Shown here piece after piece: positions 35,249-44,069 of a stretch of DNA of 47,716 nt. Made by a program: the position numbers and the translations under genes. Location of the stretch: positions 1 through 47,716 of IMG/VR virus record IMGVR_UViG_3300027326_000001, one strand, 5' to 3'. The notes under the pieces are model-generated. The model worked only from the letters and a program-made list of their open reading frames with translations, was not told the origin of the DNA and did not search any database. The stretch comes from a virus (lineage: Duplodnaviria; Caudoviricetes). Within the stretch, counting starts at the first letter, position 1. Every line of letters begins with the position of its first letter.

Positions 35249-36576
35249 TAAGTTACCACTAAGAGTGGATCTACATAAACAGTATAATTCGTCTTAATAA
35301 GACATACCCTCGCCCGTATTAGTCCCTTGATTTGGGCCGTAAAGGTGAGAGTTAATTTCTGGGAATTCGGATTAGTTAATCCAGTCGTAGTCCAAGTAGC
35401 TCCACCGGCAGTACAATCGACCGCCGCGGCAAATATGTCCGCTACTCTACTACTGGTCAATACACCCAATGGAAGACTTGCAGTTCCTAGGTATTCTACC
35501 TCTAAATAAATATCTGCATTAGTCAGATTTGTCACGCTATCATGCATGAACTGAACTGTTACTGTCTTAGAACCAGTGGAATCGTTCCATATTGCGAACC
35601 AAGGTCCATCTAACGGAGAGAATAATGTGGGTCCGGTAGTAAGACTAGTAAATTTATGACTAATAGGGGTCGTTCCATCAGATGCACCACTTGTACGAAC
35701 AATAGTGGTTTCCTGGAGTATCTTACCCTGGTATTTATAATGCTCCATCCGATAGTTTGTATTGCCGGAATCACAATTATCCAAAAATACACTCACACCG
35801 CCTTGACCACCGATAGTACCAGTAATAACGGATACGGATGCACCTAATTTACAATTTCTCAGATAATAGAGTGTTGGAGTAGCTACGCTAGCGGTTATTA
35901 GATTCTTACCACTACCTAGTAGACTCATATCCACATCACTGATTTCTGCTATTCCAGGTATAGTTTGGTCTACTATGAATAAGGTAGTAGGTATCTGACC
36001 ACTATTTATAATCGACCCACCTCTCCACAGGAATATTCCAGAAACAGCTATTCTACTAGAGGTTGAATTAAATCCCACACTACAATTAATGAATTCGCAT
36101 CGCTCGTATGCGGTGAATCCAGCTACTCCTATTTTCATCGAAGCACTAGAAGTAGATAAATTCTTAAATGTGCAAGTATCGAAAATCCAGTTATTAGCTG
36201 TGCCAGATGCAATTACTGTGGCAAAGCTAGATGCGCCTGTCGTAACATTGAAAGTTATACCATATACATAGGCGTAACCAGACGTAAAACTCATATTAAA
36301 TGAGCCAGTCGTAGTTACAGTAGCAGTCGTGCCTACGGCGGTTGGTGGCTCTACGGTATGAGTATTTACACAGATTATTCTAAGTAATGCACCGGCAGTA
36401 CCTGGTGATGTTATTGTCATAGCAGATGCCTGTGTTTCGGCATGATCATCTGCTACATAAATCGTATCACCAGCGGAACTACCTGCAATAGCTAAAACTA
36501 ACGTAGTATACGCATTTGTCCAATCTGCTCCCGTTCCAGCACCAGCCGCGCCCGATCTACAGTATTTGACAGCCAT
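35248..36576 (-). CDS. Fibre/spike protein with probable beta-helix
   Basis: 'GTGADWTNAYTTL...AGDTIYV' pectin-lyase-like N-cap, followed by a Thr/Ser/Gly-rich beta region. Confidence 0.7.
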   Translation of the reverse strand: MAVKYCRSGAAGAGTGADWTNAYTTLVLAIAGSSAGDTIYVADDHAETQASAMTITSPGTAGALLRIICVNTHTVEPPTAVGTTATVTTTGSFNMSFTSGYAYVYGITFNVTTGASSFATVIASGTANNWIFDTCTFKNLSTSSASMKIGVAGFTAYERCEFINCSVGFNSTSSRIAVSGIFLWRGGSIINSGQIPTTLFIVDQTIPGIAEISDVDMSLLGSGKNLITASVATPTLYYLRNCKLGASVSVITGTIGGQGGVSVFLDNCDSGNTNYRMEHYKYQGKILQETTIVRTSGASDGTTPISHKFTSLTTGPTLFSPLDGPWFAIWNDSTGSKTVTVQFMHDSVTNLTNADIYLEVEYLGTASLPLGVLTSSRVADIFAAAVDCTAGGATWTTTGLTNPNSQKLTLTFTAQIKGLIRARVCLIKTNYTVYVDPLLVVT

Positions 36577-36577
36577 T

Positions 36578-36901
36578 TTATTTTATAGAATCTATGTCAG
36601 AAACTATCCCTTTAGGAGTCTTACTATCGACTGCTGTCTTAACTAATTGAAAATCAGACGATTTAAGTTCATCGAATGAAGAAATTAAGTTATCTACTTT
36701 CTGTCTCTCGTAGTCTATTTTAGTTTCCTTACTTAGTGCTACCGCACGTTCTTTTAAAACTTGATTAAAATCATCCTTCTCCTCCCCCAGATAAGTGAAT
36801 TCTACTTCGTCTCCGTTGTCATAAACGTGAATTTCAGTAACGTAAGTCCGCCCGTCTATCTGAACGGAGATAGATTTTATTTTACTGCTAACTATGGGCA
36901 T
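36578..36901 (-). CDS. Hypothetical protein (possible fibre chaperone)
   Basis: 107 aa 'QIDGRTYVTEIH' between fibre-like genes. Confidence 0.7.
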   Translation of the reverse strand: MPIVSSKIKSISVQIDGRTYVTEIHVYDNGDEVEFTYLGEEKDDFNQVLKERAVALSKETKIDYERQKVDNLISSFDELKSSDFQLVKTAVDSKTPKGIVSDIDSIK

Positions 36902-38364
36902 TAGTCTTCTACCGAAAGTCTTAACTGTGAGGCAAGGCGGACTGTTACTGCATCAGTTATATTGAGGGTATCAGAAAAAGAGGGTTTATTGGCTCGTTCT
37001 ATCAAAGCGGAGTCTAATTTAGCTGTGAGAAGTTCAGCTATTGCCAGAAGATGCACTAATTTTCTAGTCAAGGAATCAGCGAGAACGTAGTTATCTCCTG
37101 CCCTAATTCTTAGAACATCCCATAATCTGAGCGCGTCTGCGAGTAAGTTTATTGTATCAGCAGCGGTTACACTAATCTTAACATTACCTACTACCTTAGA
37201 GTGAGCGTCGGCGTAATTGTTGAGACTGTCAGATTTAGTGACTGGGAATACTCCTAAAAATAGAGTACTAACAGCATCCGACCAATTAAACTGCTGTGAA
37301 TCGAACGCACTTATGGGAATTCCAGTAACTTTCGAGAAGGCATCAGTGAAATTATTGATCGAGTCGGAGAATGCTTTTAATACGCGTAGCGTAGGACGTA
37401 CTGAATCTTGAATATTCGCGAGCGCGTCACCGAATGTAGCTATGTAATCTGGCGGGGGACCTAATAAGTTTAGATTGTCCAGTATATTAAGGCGATCACT
37501 TGGTGTAACGCCGTATCCAGCCGCTGCCGTATTAGCTAAACTAACCGCATCCGTTAGTGTATTAGCATTCTCAGAACTGGTAGAAGTTAGCGGAGCGGAC
37601 GTGAATTTATAGAATTTCCGTGGTATTTCGGTGGTAACAAAAGCGTATGGTTCGTAGAATAGCCATTCTATCTCAGATGGAGTAAGCGCCCGTTTCCAGA
37701 TATAAGCATGACGACAGATCGATTTGGAATCTCGACCTTGCGCTACTTGGTAAACTCCGATTCCTATCTTAGAATTAGCAGTAAAACTTGGACCACAATT
37801 CTGAGTGTTAGTTCCTAGAACCGCGGCATTAGCACCCTCGTAGAGTGCGTTAGCACCACCAAATCCAGTAGCACGTACTACTCCTACAACTTGCCTCTCA
37901 GTGCCATCAAAAGCAGTGCCAGTGTTAGCAGAAAAGCTACATCCACTTCCAATGTCATTCCATGCTAAGAAGTATCCATCGGAGCCCGAATTTATCTGAA
38001 GACCGTATACTAAGTAAGGAGAAGTATCTGCGTTCGTGTACGTTACATTGCATAACGCTCCAAATGCCGCAGGACTCGCTGCTATAACACCTCTCCATAA
38101 TATAGTAAACTGGCGACCAACTTCCTTTAACTGATCCCATGCCGCTGCATATGCCCCTGAGTCATTTCCATTGCAATTAAGACCATGACCAAATCTAGCA
38201 TTCGAGAATGCCCCACTTCCTACTATTGGTAAGACATTCCCCGTTACTAGATCGTGGAGCGCGCCACCTAATTCATTAACTAGAAAACATGAGATCATCC
38301 CCTGTGCTAGCGGATGTCCATGATTTAATGTTGCTGAAAGAGGCGGTTTTGATTGCGGGCGCAT
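36901..38364 (-). CDS. LamG/concanavalin-A-like domain protein with C-terminal SD-repeat stalk
   Basis: HPLAQG...NE.GG...DL, 'YIWKRALTPSEIEWL..EPY' LamG signature, then ~20-aa repeats (SDxxNxxxDA). Confidence 0.75.
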   Translation of the reverse strand: MRPQSKPPLSATLNHGHPLAQGMISCFLVNELGGALHDLVTGNVLPIVGSGAFSNARFGHGLNCNGNDSGAYAAAWDQLKEVGRQFTILWRGVIAASPAAFGALCNVTYTNADTSPYLVYGLQINSGSDGYFLAWNDIGSGCSFSANTGTAFDGTERQVVGVVRATGFGGANALYEGANAAVLGTNTQNCGPSFTANSKIGIGVYQVAQGRDSKSICRHAYIWKRALTPSEIEWLFYEPYAFVTTEIPRKFYKFTSAPLTSTSSENANTLTDAVSLANTAAAGYGVTPSDRLNILDNLNLLGPPPDYIATFGDALANIQDSVRPTLRVLKAFSDSINNFTDAFSKVTGIPISAFDSQQFNWSDAVSTLFLGVFPVTKSDSLNNYADAHSKVVGNVKISVTAADTINLLADALRLWDVLRIRAGDNYVLADSLTRKLVHLLAIAELLTAKLDSALIERANKPSFSDTLNITDAVTVRLASQLRLSVED

Positions 38365-38858
38365 TAGACAACCTGTTGTTGAATACCCTGGTAAAATGCT
38401 GATCCGATAGAAGCGTCTAAGGTTCCACCAGTTTTATTCTCTACTATAATTCCCCAACCTGATGGAAGCGATCCGCCAAATGCGCCGGCGACCGCGAATG
38501 GACCTACCTTATATGTAGCTGCGTCCACTACTACATTCGCTACACCTATTAGACGCGCGTTGGGTGGTGACGTTAATGTTATTCCAGCATCGCTACCAGA
38601 TGCGCTCTGAGTGTAATTCGTACCACCATCCGCTGTACCATATGCGTAGATATTCACGTATCCGCTGGCACTAGTAGATGCCGCTCCTGCTTTAATTATC
38701 AGAAACACGAGCGCGTCTAAGAATAAGTTGGAACTATTGTCTACTACGGTTGATGCTCTCGCTCCGTTATTAGCAAGCGAGGTAAAAGTAATCGTAATAG
38801 TTTGATTACTAGTTCCATACTTAATCTTGACGTCACTCATTTCCGCTCCCCTGTGCAA
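38364..38858 (-). CDS. Virion beta-sandwich protein (likely start MSDVKIK at 38840)
   Basis: TSLANNGARAS...DGGTNY...WGIIVENKTG. Precedes the LamG gene. Confidence 0.7.
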   Translation of the reverse strand: MHRGAEMSDVKIKYGTSNQTITITFTSLANNGARASTVVDNSSNLFLDALVFLIIKAGAASTSASGYVNIYAYGTADGGTNYTQSASGSDAGITLTSPPNARLIGVANVVVDAATYKVGPFAVAGAFGGSLPSGWGIIVENKTGGTLDASIGSAFYQGIQQQVV

Positions 38859-40035
38859 TATGATCCGACACTCTGTGTGAGGTTAGTATCATATTGTAGC
38901 CGTCGAGTTTTAAATCTATTATTCCAAAACCTAGCTCAATTAGAGCTTCTCCGACCCGTTCTGGTGTTAGACCATTATAGTGGTAATCGTAGTCATTTGA
39001 TTGCGCTCCGTATAAAACATTGAGAACGTCATCATTGATAACTTTCTCAACTGATATCATATGAGCGGCCCAAGCAATATTGGGCAATATGAGAACTATC
39101 TTACCACAAGTGTCTACTAAACGAGTCCATTCTGCTAATACTAACTTCCACTCCGCTCGATTAAAATGTTCCAATACATGAGAGCTAAATACGGTATCGA
39201 ATGATCCATTAGCGAAGGGTAAATTCCTAACATCACATCGATAATCTGGCTCACATTCATCCCGTATGTCAACTCTTATCGGCGCCATCCCATCGATCGT
39301 TCGTCGAATATGGCCACATCCGATATCTACTACTCGTGGACTCTCAGTCATGGCCACTCTAGTAGGTAGTGATTGTGGTGGTAGTGTATATCGCTTACCA
39401 CTGAAAATATCCTCGTGTTCACAGATAATACTACCATCACAGAAAATCTTAGTATCGGTTTCTTGTGCTACACGACGAAGAAACCATAAATCTTCCGTCC
39501 ACTGATCTGCTTTATTAATACCTTCTTCGAACTCGTCCGTATTCATCGTGCGGAACCACGGTTCAGGTAGTTGTTTAAATAGATCAGTACGAACAAGAGT
39601 ACAATCCATACCCAAGCCAGTAACTTCGAAGAATTCACCAATCTTCCAGTCCCAATACGAACCTTGTCCGTTCCCTCTGAAAACGAGTGGAGCAGGAGGA
39701 TTAGACTTACTACAATAAACACCCCCAATAACGCTAATGTTGGGGTTATTCTCCATTCGAGTAATAAACTGGCGCATTGCATGTGCTGGTACGATTACAT
39801 CGTCTCCTAGGAAGAATACATACCTCGACTCCAACTTCAATGCTTCTCTAGCTATTGCATTCCTAGCCTCAGCGACCGGCGCTCCCGTTATTTGACATAC
39901 AGTCATATTGAAATTAATGGGCGGATTTAAACTCTTATACGAGGATGCCCAAGCTAACGAAACGGGGCGTCCAAGAGTCGGAATTCCAACCACTACTCCA
40001 GTACCAGATGACACTAATCGATTCGCGTTATTCAT
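38833..40035 (-). CDS. Fused GT-A (GT2-like) glycosyltransferase + class I SAM methyltransferase
   Basis: GIPT...ARN...FFLGDDV...GMDCTL...TEDLWF...CEH, then VDIGCG...VD...DVRNLPF...FSSHVLEHF...G.I....PN. Confidence 0.9.
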   Translation of the reverse strand: MNNANRLVSSGTGVVVGIPTLGRPVSLAWASSYKSLNPPINFNMTVCQITGAPVAEARNAIAREALKLESRYVFFLGDDVIVPAHAMRQFITRMENNPNISVIGGVYCSKSNPPAPLVFRGNGQGSYWDWKIGEFFEVTGLGMDCTLVRTDLFKQLPEPWFRTMNTDEFEEGINKADQWTEDLWFLRRVAQETDTKIFCDGSIICEHEDIFSGKRYTLPPQSLPTRVAMTESPRVVDIGCGHIRRTIDGMAPIRVDIRDECEPDYRCDVRNLPFANGSFDTVFSSHVLEHFNRAEWKLVLAEWTRLVDTCGKIVLILPNIAWAAHMISVEKVINDDVLNVLYGAQSNDYDYHYNGLTPERVGEALIELGFGIIDLKLDGYNMILTSHRVSDHIAQGSGNE

Positions 40036-40169
40036 ACCAGTAAAAAGGTTAAAGTAAAGAAAGCAAGTCCCAATGCTGTCAGATTAACTCTCGGAGTTGG
40101 TACACCAAATGCAGAGAGGATAAAACATACCAACGCCACTATTAAGCAAGCCATTCGTACTGAAATCAT
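40032..40169 (-). CDS. 45-aa two-helix membrane protein, candidate holin (not in ORF track)
   Basis: MISVRMACLIVALVCFILSAFGVPTPRVNLTALGLAFFTLTFLLV*. ATGA overlaps at both ends. Confidence 0.75.
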   Translation of the reverse strand: MISVRMACLIVALVCFILSAFGVPTPRVNLTALGLAFFTLTFLLV

Positions 40170-40489
40170 GCTGTTGCCACCCTCGTAGATTCTGGATCAA
40201 ATTCGACATGGATATGATCGGATTCTCGTACTACGTCGAATTGCGCTCCTAATGCTCTAGAAAGCGATACGGTAACCTCAGATACATCCATCGGATCTAA
40301 ATCTTTAATTCTGAAATCAACTGCATCTCCTCTGAAATGGCGACTATCCGCTCTATGAGTTCCATCCCGAACTGACGTAATTACAAGATCGGAGTGGTAC
40401 TTATTGTAGATAGGCTCAGCTATTAAAATAGCCAATACAGTCTCAGGTTTCAATCCCTTAACATCAACTCCGTTTTTAATTTTAATCAA
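40166..40489 (-). CDS. Peptidase M15-like (LAS/Hedgehog-DD-peptidase fold) cell-wall hydrolase, candidate endolysin
   Basis: ITS..DG.H...SRHFRGDAVD...HIHVE Zn ligands. Confidence 0.85.
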   Translation of the reverse strand: MIKIKNGVDVKGLKPETVLAILIAEPIYNKYHSDLVITSVRDGTHRADSRHFRGDAVDFRIKDLDPMDVSEVTVSLSRALGAQFDVVRESDHIHVEFDPESTRVATA

Positions 40490-40511
40490 GATTAATTTCC
40501 CTCCAACTCGA

Positions 40512-40991
40512 CTAGCCCGAAATCGTATAACTAATACTCAAAGTATTCGAAGTAGTCTTATTGATCGTACCAAAAGTAGCGTGAGCTAACATCGTTCCGC
40601 CGCTCGAAGAATTCAAAAGTCCTACTTCTCCAAGTGTGGTATTTCCTTCATTAGTGGCATAACTAACTTCCAGCTGATATGATGGCGGATTAGAAGTCAG
40701 ATTTGCCGTTGTGAATGCCTGGATCGTTTTCCGTGTAGTCTCCGATCCTAGAGCAGTATCTGAAGTAGCTGGAGCGGTAGTAGATGTCCCGATCGCCATA
40801 TAGTTGAGAGGAGCGGTTTCATTACCATTGAATACCGCAGTTCCTACGATATGCTTCAGAATCCACGCGCGTCCAGCAGTTACGATAGTGTTCCTAACTT
40901 CCCTTCGCTCTACGATAGAACCATCGTGAATTGAGCGAAGTACTATTTCCATACTGCCTTTAAGAAGTATGGCGTCTCCTAGATTGTTCAT
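40512..40991 (-). CDS. Stand-alone tail-collar/fibre-attachment-like virion protein
   Basis: NTIVTAG...YMAIGTSTTAP..SDTALGSE..RK...EVGL....GG.MLAH....INK (DUF3751-like). Confidence 0.75.
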   Translation of the reverse strand: MNNLGDAILLKGSMEIVLRSIHDGSIVERREVRNTIVTAGRAWILKHIVGTAVFNGNETAPLNYMAIGTSTTAPATSDTALGSETTRKTIQAFTTANLTSNPPSYQLEVSYATNEGNTTLGEVGLLNSSSGGTMLAHATFGTINKTTSNTLSISYTISG

Positions 40992-41512
40992 AGAGCAAGT
41001 TCCTTTTTGAGAAGATCGGTCATTTCGATTACGTTAGCTAACTTAGCCGCTTCAATTATTGTGTTATGCGACTGATCGATTTCAGGCATTACTTTGATCT
41101 TGCCAAAGCAATATTCTCTCAGAAAGTTAACAAAATCCTCTGTATTAATTAAACATTGATGCCGATCCCACCTCGTTAACCCGCGCCCAAAAATGGTCAT
41201 TTCCCAATATTGGCGCATACCCATCTTGTTATTTAAGTAATTCGTAAGAATTCTCTCTGCATCCGGGTATGCTACTATTAACAACCCTTCCATTTTCAGG
41301 ACACGATTCACTTCACCAATAACTAATGGAAATTGCTCTCTTTTAAGATGCTCTATCACGTGAGTCATAACGATTTCATCGATAGTAGCATCCTTGAATG
41401 GCAATACTGTTGACGAGAAATCCAATACTAAGTCTGGTAGGACGGTTGGATCTGCATCTATATTAGTATAACCTTCAAGTTTAGATCGTCCGCAACCAAG
41501 ATTAAGCTTCAT
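40988..41512 (-). CDS. Class I SAM-dependent methyltransferase
   Basis: MKLNLGCG...GYTNID...LPF...HVIEHL...RVLKMEG.L....PD. Confidence 0.9.
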   Translation of the reverse strand: MKLNLGCGRSKLEGYTNIDADPTVLPDLVLDFSSTVLPFKDATIDEIVMTHVIEHLKREQFPLVIGEVNRVLKMEGLLIVAYPDAERILTNYLNNKMGMRQYWEMTIFGRGLTRWDRHQCLINTEDFVNFLREYCFGKIKVMPEIDQSHNTIIEAAKLANVIEMTDLLKKELAL

Positions 41513-42302
41513 TAAGTCTTAAATTCTCTCGTTCTAATACTTCATTAGCATAACCTAGCTTATTAAGAGCTTCTCGCTGCTTACTAAGATAATTCGCACT
41601 ATTGTCTCCTTCACGACCATCCTTCAAGCTAGGATTTAACTCTTCGTGAAAATGGCGGAGCGATTCAACTGTTTGGAGCGATACGAATTCACAGTCAAGC
41701 ATATGACCAGTATCTAGTGTAGTATCGACGTAGATTCTTACTTTTCCTTGTAAAGCTTGCTTAGCTTTCACACAAAAGTAGACATCTTCAGTATGTCCAG
41801 TTCCAGTAATGAACCACGCCGGTTGAATTTTCTTGAGAACCCAAGTCTTAATAAGACAGCATGAAAATCCGATCGCTGCGACTTCTAAGAGAGGATTTTT
41901 AGTAGCCTCCACGACTTCCGACCAATCTTCGTACGGCGTAAGACCACAAGTTTTCTTATCATCGGAGAGAATAGACTTGAAGAACATCGGTCGGAACGGA
42001 TATCCTCTTATGAATACGAATGGCGTTACTATGTCCACATCTCTATCTTTTAATCTCTTGTATACGTCGCGCGGTACTAGAACATCATCGTCTAAGAATA
42101 AGAGATAGTCACACTCGTTTTGGAGAGCGATTCTCCCCGCTAAGTTACGAAACGTATCTATTCCAGTACGATATCCATTAAATAAGAGAAATTCATCACC
42201 GGGACAATCTTTCGCCATTCTGAACGCAAGATTCATATGAGAAGCGTATGCTTGACTCTGAACCGATGTTAGTGTATTAATTGCTATTAATGTTTTAGAC
42301 AT
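41502..42302 (-). CDS. GT-A (GT2-like) glycosyltransferase
   Basis: RN......DYLLFLDDDV...IGFSCCLIK...PAWF...TEDVYFC...GH. Confidence 0.9.
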   Translation of the reverse strand: MSKTLIAINTLTSVQSQAYASHMNLAFRMAKDCPGDEFLLFNGYRTGIDTFRNLAGRIALQNECDYLLFLDDDVLVPRDVYKRLKDRDVDIVTPFVFIRGYPFRPMFFKSILSDDKKTCGLTPYEDWSEVVEATKNPLLEVAAIGFSCCLIKTWVLKKIQPAWFITGTGHTEDVYFCVKAKQALQGKVRIYVDTTLDTGHMLDCEFVSLQTVESLRHFHEELNPSLKDGREGDNSANYLSKQREALNKLGYANEVLERENLRLNEA

Positions 42303-42303
42303 A

Positions 42304-42349
42304 AGAAAAATCGGGACTAGCTAAATTGGAGAGAATCTAACTAGTCCCA
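42304..42349 (-). terminator. Intrinsic terminator after the capsid/decoration genes
   Basis: Minus strand GGGACTAGTTAGATT-CTCTCC-AATTTAGCTAGTCCC followed by GATTTTTCTT. Confidence 0.8.
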
Positions 42350-42366
42350 AACCGAAAGGGAGCATC

Positions 42367-42936
42367 CTACATGGCACGAAGAAATACTTTTAGGCCGTAT
42401 GTCTTCTTAACACTAGAATCGGAAGTAGTCGAAGCGGAACTAGATGCCGATGCTAAAGTTTGAGCCATAACGGCGAATGGCGGATATCCATCACCGAAAT
42501 TAACGGCAAGCGTGTCCGTAGTAGCATTGGTCACGATTGTCATAGCGCCCGTTACCTGAGAGTTAGTCTTCAGCGCGTTATTGACTGTATCAATAGCTAA
42601 CTGTTGACCTACACTCAGCGCCGGGGCACTAACGTAAGAATCAGTAGAAGCGGCGCGGGACTGCTGTACTACGATAGCATAGTTACAGAGTCCGAATACC
42701 ATCGCCATTCCGTACTGTTTTGGAGTTACATCCAATGGCGAGATATTAATTCCTGCAAACAATTCAGGAGTCTTAGCAGCACCCGCGGTAGCAGGTAAAA
42801 CTGCGCCGAAACCATCATCAGTTGCATTCATAACGAAACAGATAGGAGTTCCGGGAGGAATACTCGCGGATGACTCTGCGCTACGAAAGTTCAAACTCTC
42901 ATTAAATGCCTTGTTGCCAATCAATGGTCCATTCAT
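42367..42936 (-). CDS. Capsid decoration/cement protein
   Basis: Immediately follows the MCP; Ala/Ser/Thr-rich beta protein with 'YGMAMVFG'. Confidence 0.65.
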   Translation of the reverse strand: MNGPLIGNKAFNESLNFRSAESSASIPPGTPICFVMNATDDGFGAVLPATAGAAKTPELFAGINISPLDVTPKQYGMAMVFGLCNYAIVVQQSRAASTDSYVSAPALSVGQQLAIDTVNNALKTNSQVTGAMTIVTNATTDTLAVNFGDGYPPFAVMAQTLASASSSASTTSDSSVKKTYGLKVFLRAM

Positions 42937-42959
42937 AGTTATTCTCCATTCTCCTTTGA

Positions 42960-44057
42960 TTAGCTAGCATAAGTAAGGGATGCGGGGATTTTCGTCCACA
43001 CACCTAACTTACGTCGATTGTTGATGCAGGTATTACCCATCCATAGGATATGAGCTACCTTAGCATCCTGATTGGCCGGTTTCACGAATGGAGTATTGAT
43101 GAAATTCGACTCTTTATCGTATACAACCGAGCAATTCTTGGTATTGATGAAATATGCCGCACCGTATGTGATCGTAGTTGAATTCGAATACACATCGGGC
43201 ATAAATTCATCCCACATTACCGTAGCGCGGTTAAAACGGAAATTCTCGAACGGATAGTTCTTATCAGAATCGGCCGTACGGCGGTACTTATCATAGTAGG
43301 CCGCGCGCCACATTTCGAAAGTTCTCTGATCCGTAAGAATTAAATCGGGAGGTCCGCCTGAACCTTTAGAACAATTGTTATACAGGTGGTCCGCTTCTAA
43401 CAGGAATGCCGTAGGACTTGAGCTAGTAGTAAGAGACGAAGTGGTAACTTGGTTTCTCCACCAGCTAGAAGTCGATTGATTGATATTACCTACCGTCGGT
43501 TGAACCGATGAGCTAGTAGGATCATTGGCAATCAACTTAGGAAGCGGATCGATTCCATAACTACCATTCCGAATACTGACGTACGGATCGTAGATATTAG
43601 TGGAACCGCCCTTTAATGCGTTGCCCTGTAAGAGTTGCTTTGCGAAGAATTCCTTGATTCCAGTCTCCGCTTGCATCATCTTAGTTTCGAGCAACTTCAC
43701 CATTCGGTGAGATTGAGCGTTCTGGCGTTCTTCCAATCGGGAGATGGAGATCGGTACTGCCATCTGTGACCAATCGAAGAATGCGTTAGTAATACCATCA
43801 GTGGGATCGGTGTTCAAAACATCGTATCCACTATAGGTATCCGCTTGTGAAAGTCCATAAAGTAGCGGAATTTGAATAGCTACCCCGCCATCCTCATCCG
43901 TATACATCCCATTCTCTTTAATTTTGTAGAAGAACGGGTTGGATTTCGAAATATTATCCGTTAGCGTACGACGGTAGTTGAACAGCGATGTTCCTAAAAT
44001 ACTATCATAATTAATAGTATTCTGGGATGGCGCTGATGCTGAACCATACGTTGCCAT
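42960..44057 (-). CDS. Major capsid protein (HK97 fold)
   Basis: 365 aa after the scaffold; DNI...NP, GG..I..PL.Y, YSGYD.L, GI..L, WWRN, PDLI, YFINTK, N D...AHILW.GN...NRR. Confidence 0.9.
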   Translation of the reverse strand: MATYGSASAPSQNTINYDSILGTSLFNYRRTLTDNISKSNPFFYKIKENGMYTDEDGGVAIQIPLLYGLSQADTYSGYDVLNTDPTDGITNAFFDWSQMAVPISISRLEERQNAQSHRMVKLLETKMMQAETGIKEFFAKQLLQGNALKGGSTNIYDPYVSIRNGSYGIDPLPKLIANDPTSSSVQPTVGNINQSTSSWWRNQVTTSSLTTSSSPTAFLLEADHLYNNCSKGSGGPPDLILTDQRTFEMWRAAYYDKYRRTADSDKNYPFENFRFNRATVMWDEFMPDVYSNSTTITYGAAYFINTKNCSVVYDKESNFINTPFVKPANQDAKVAHILWMGNTCINNRRKLGVWTKIPASLTYAS

Positions 44058-44069
44058 TAATCTCCAATA

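Noticed and set aside
26625-38364. Diversity-generating retroelement or invertible tail-fibre cassette
   Set aside because: No reverse transcriptase, recombinase or near-identical TR/VR nucleotide repeat is seen; the paralogy is old and protein-level only.
38833-41512. Methyltransferases as DNA methyltransferases
   Set aside because: They lack DPPY/NPPY or PC motifs and resemble small-molecule/glycan class I methyltransferases.
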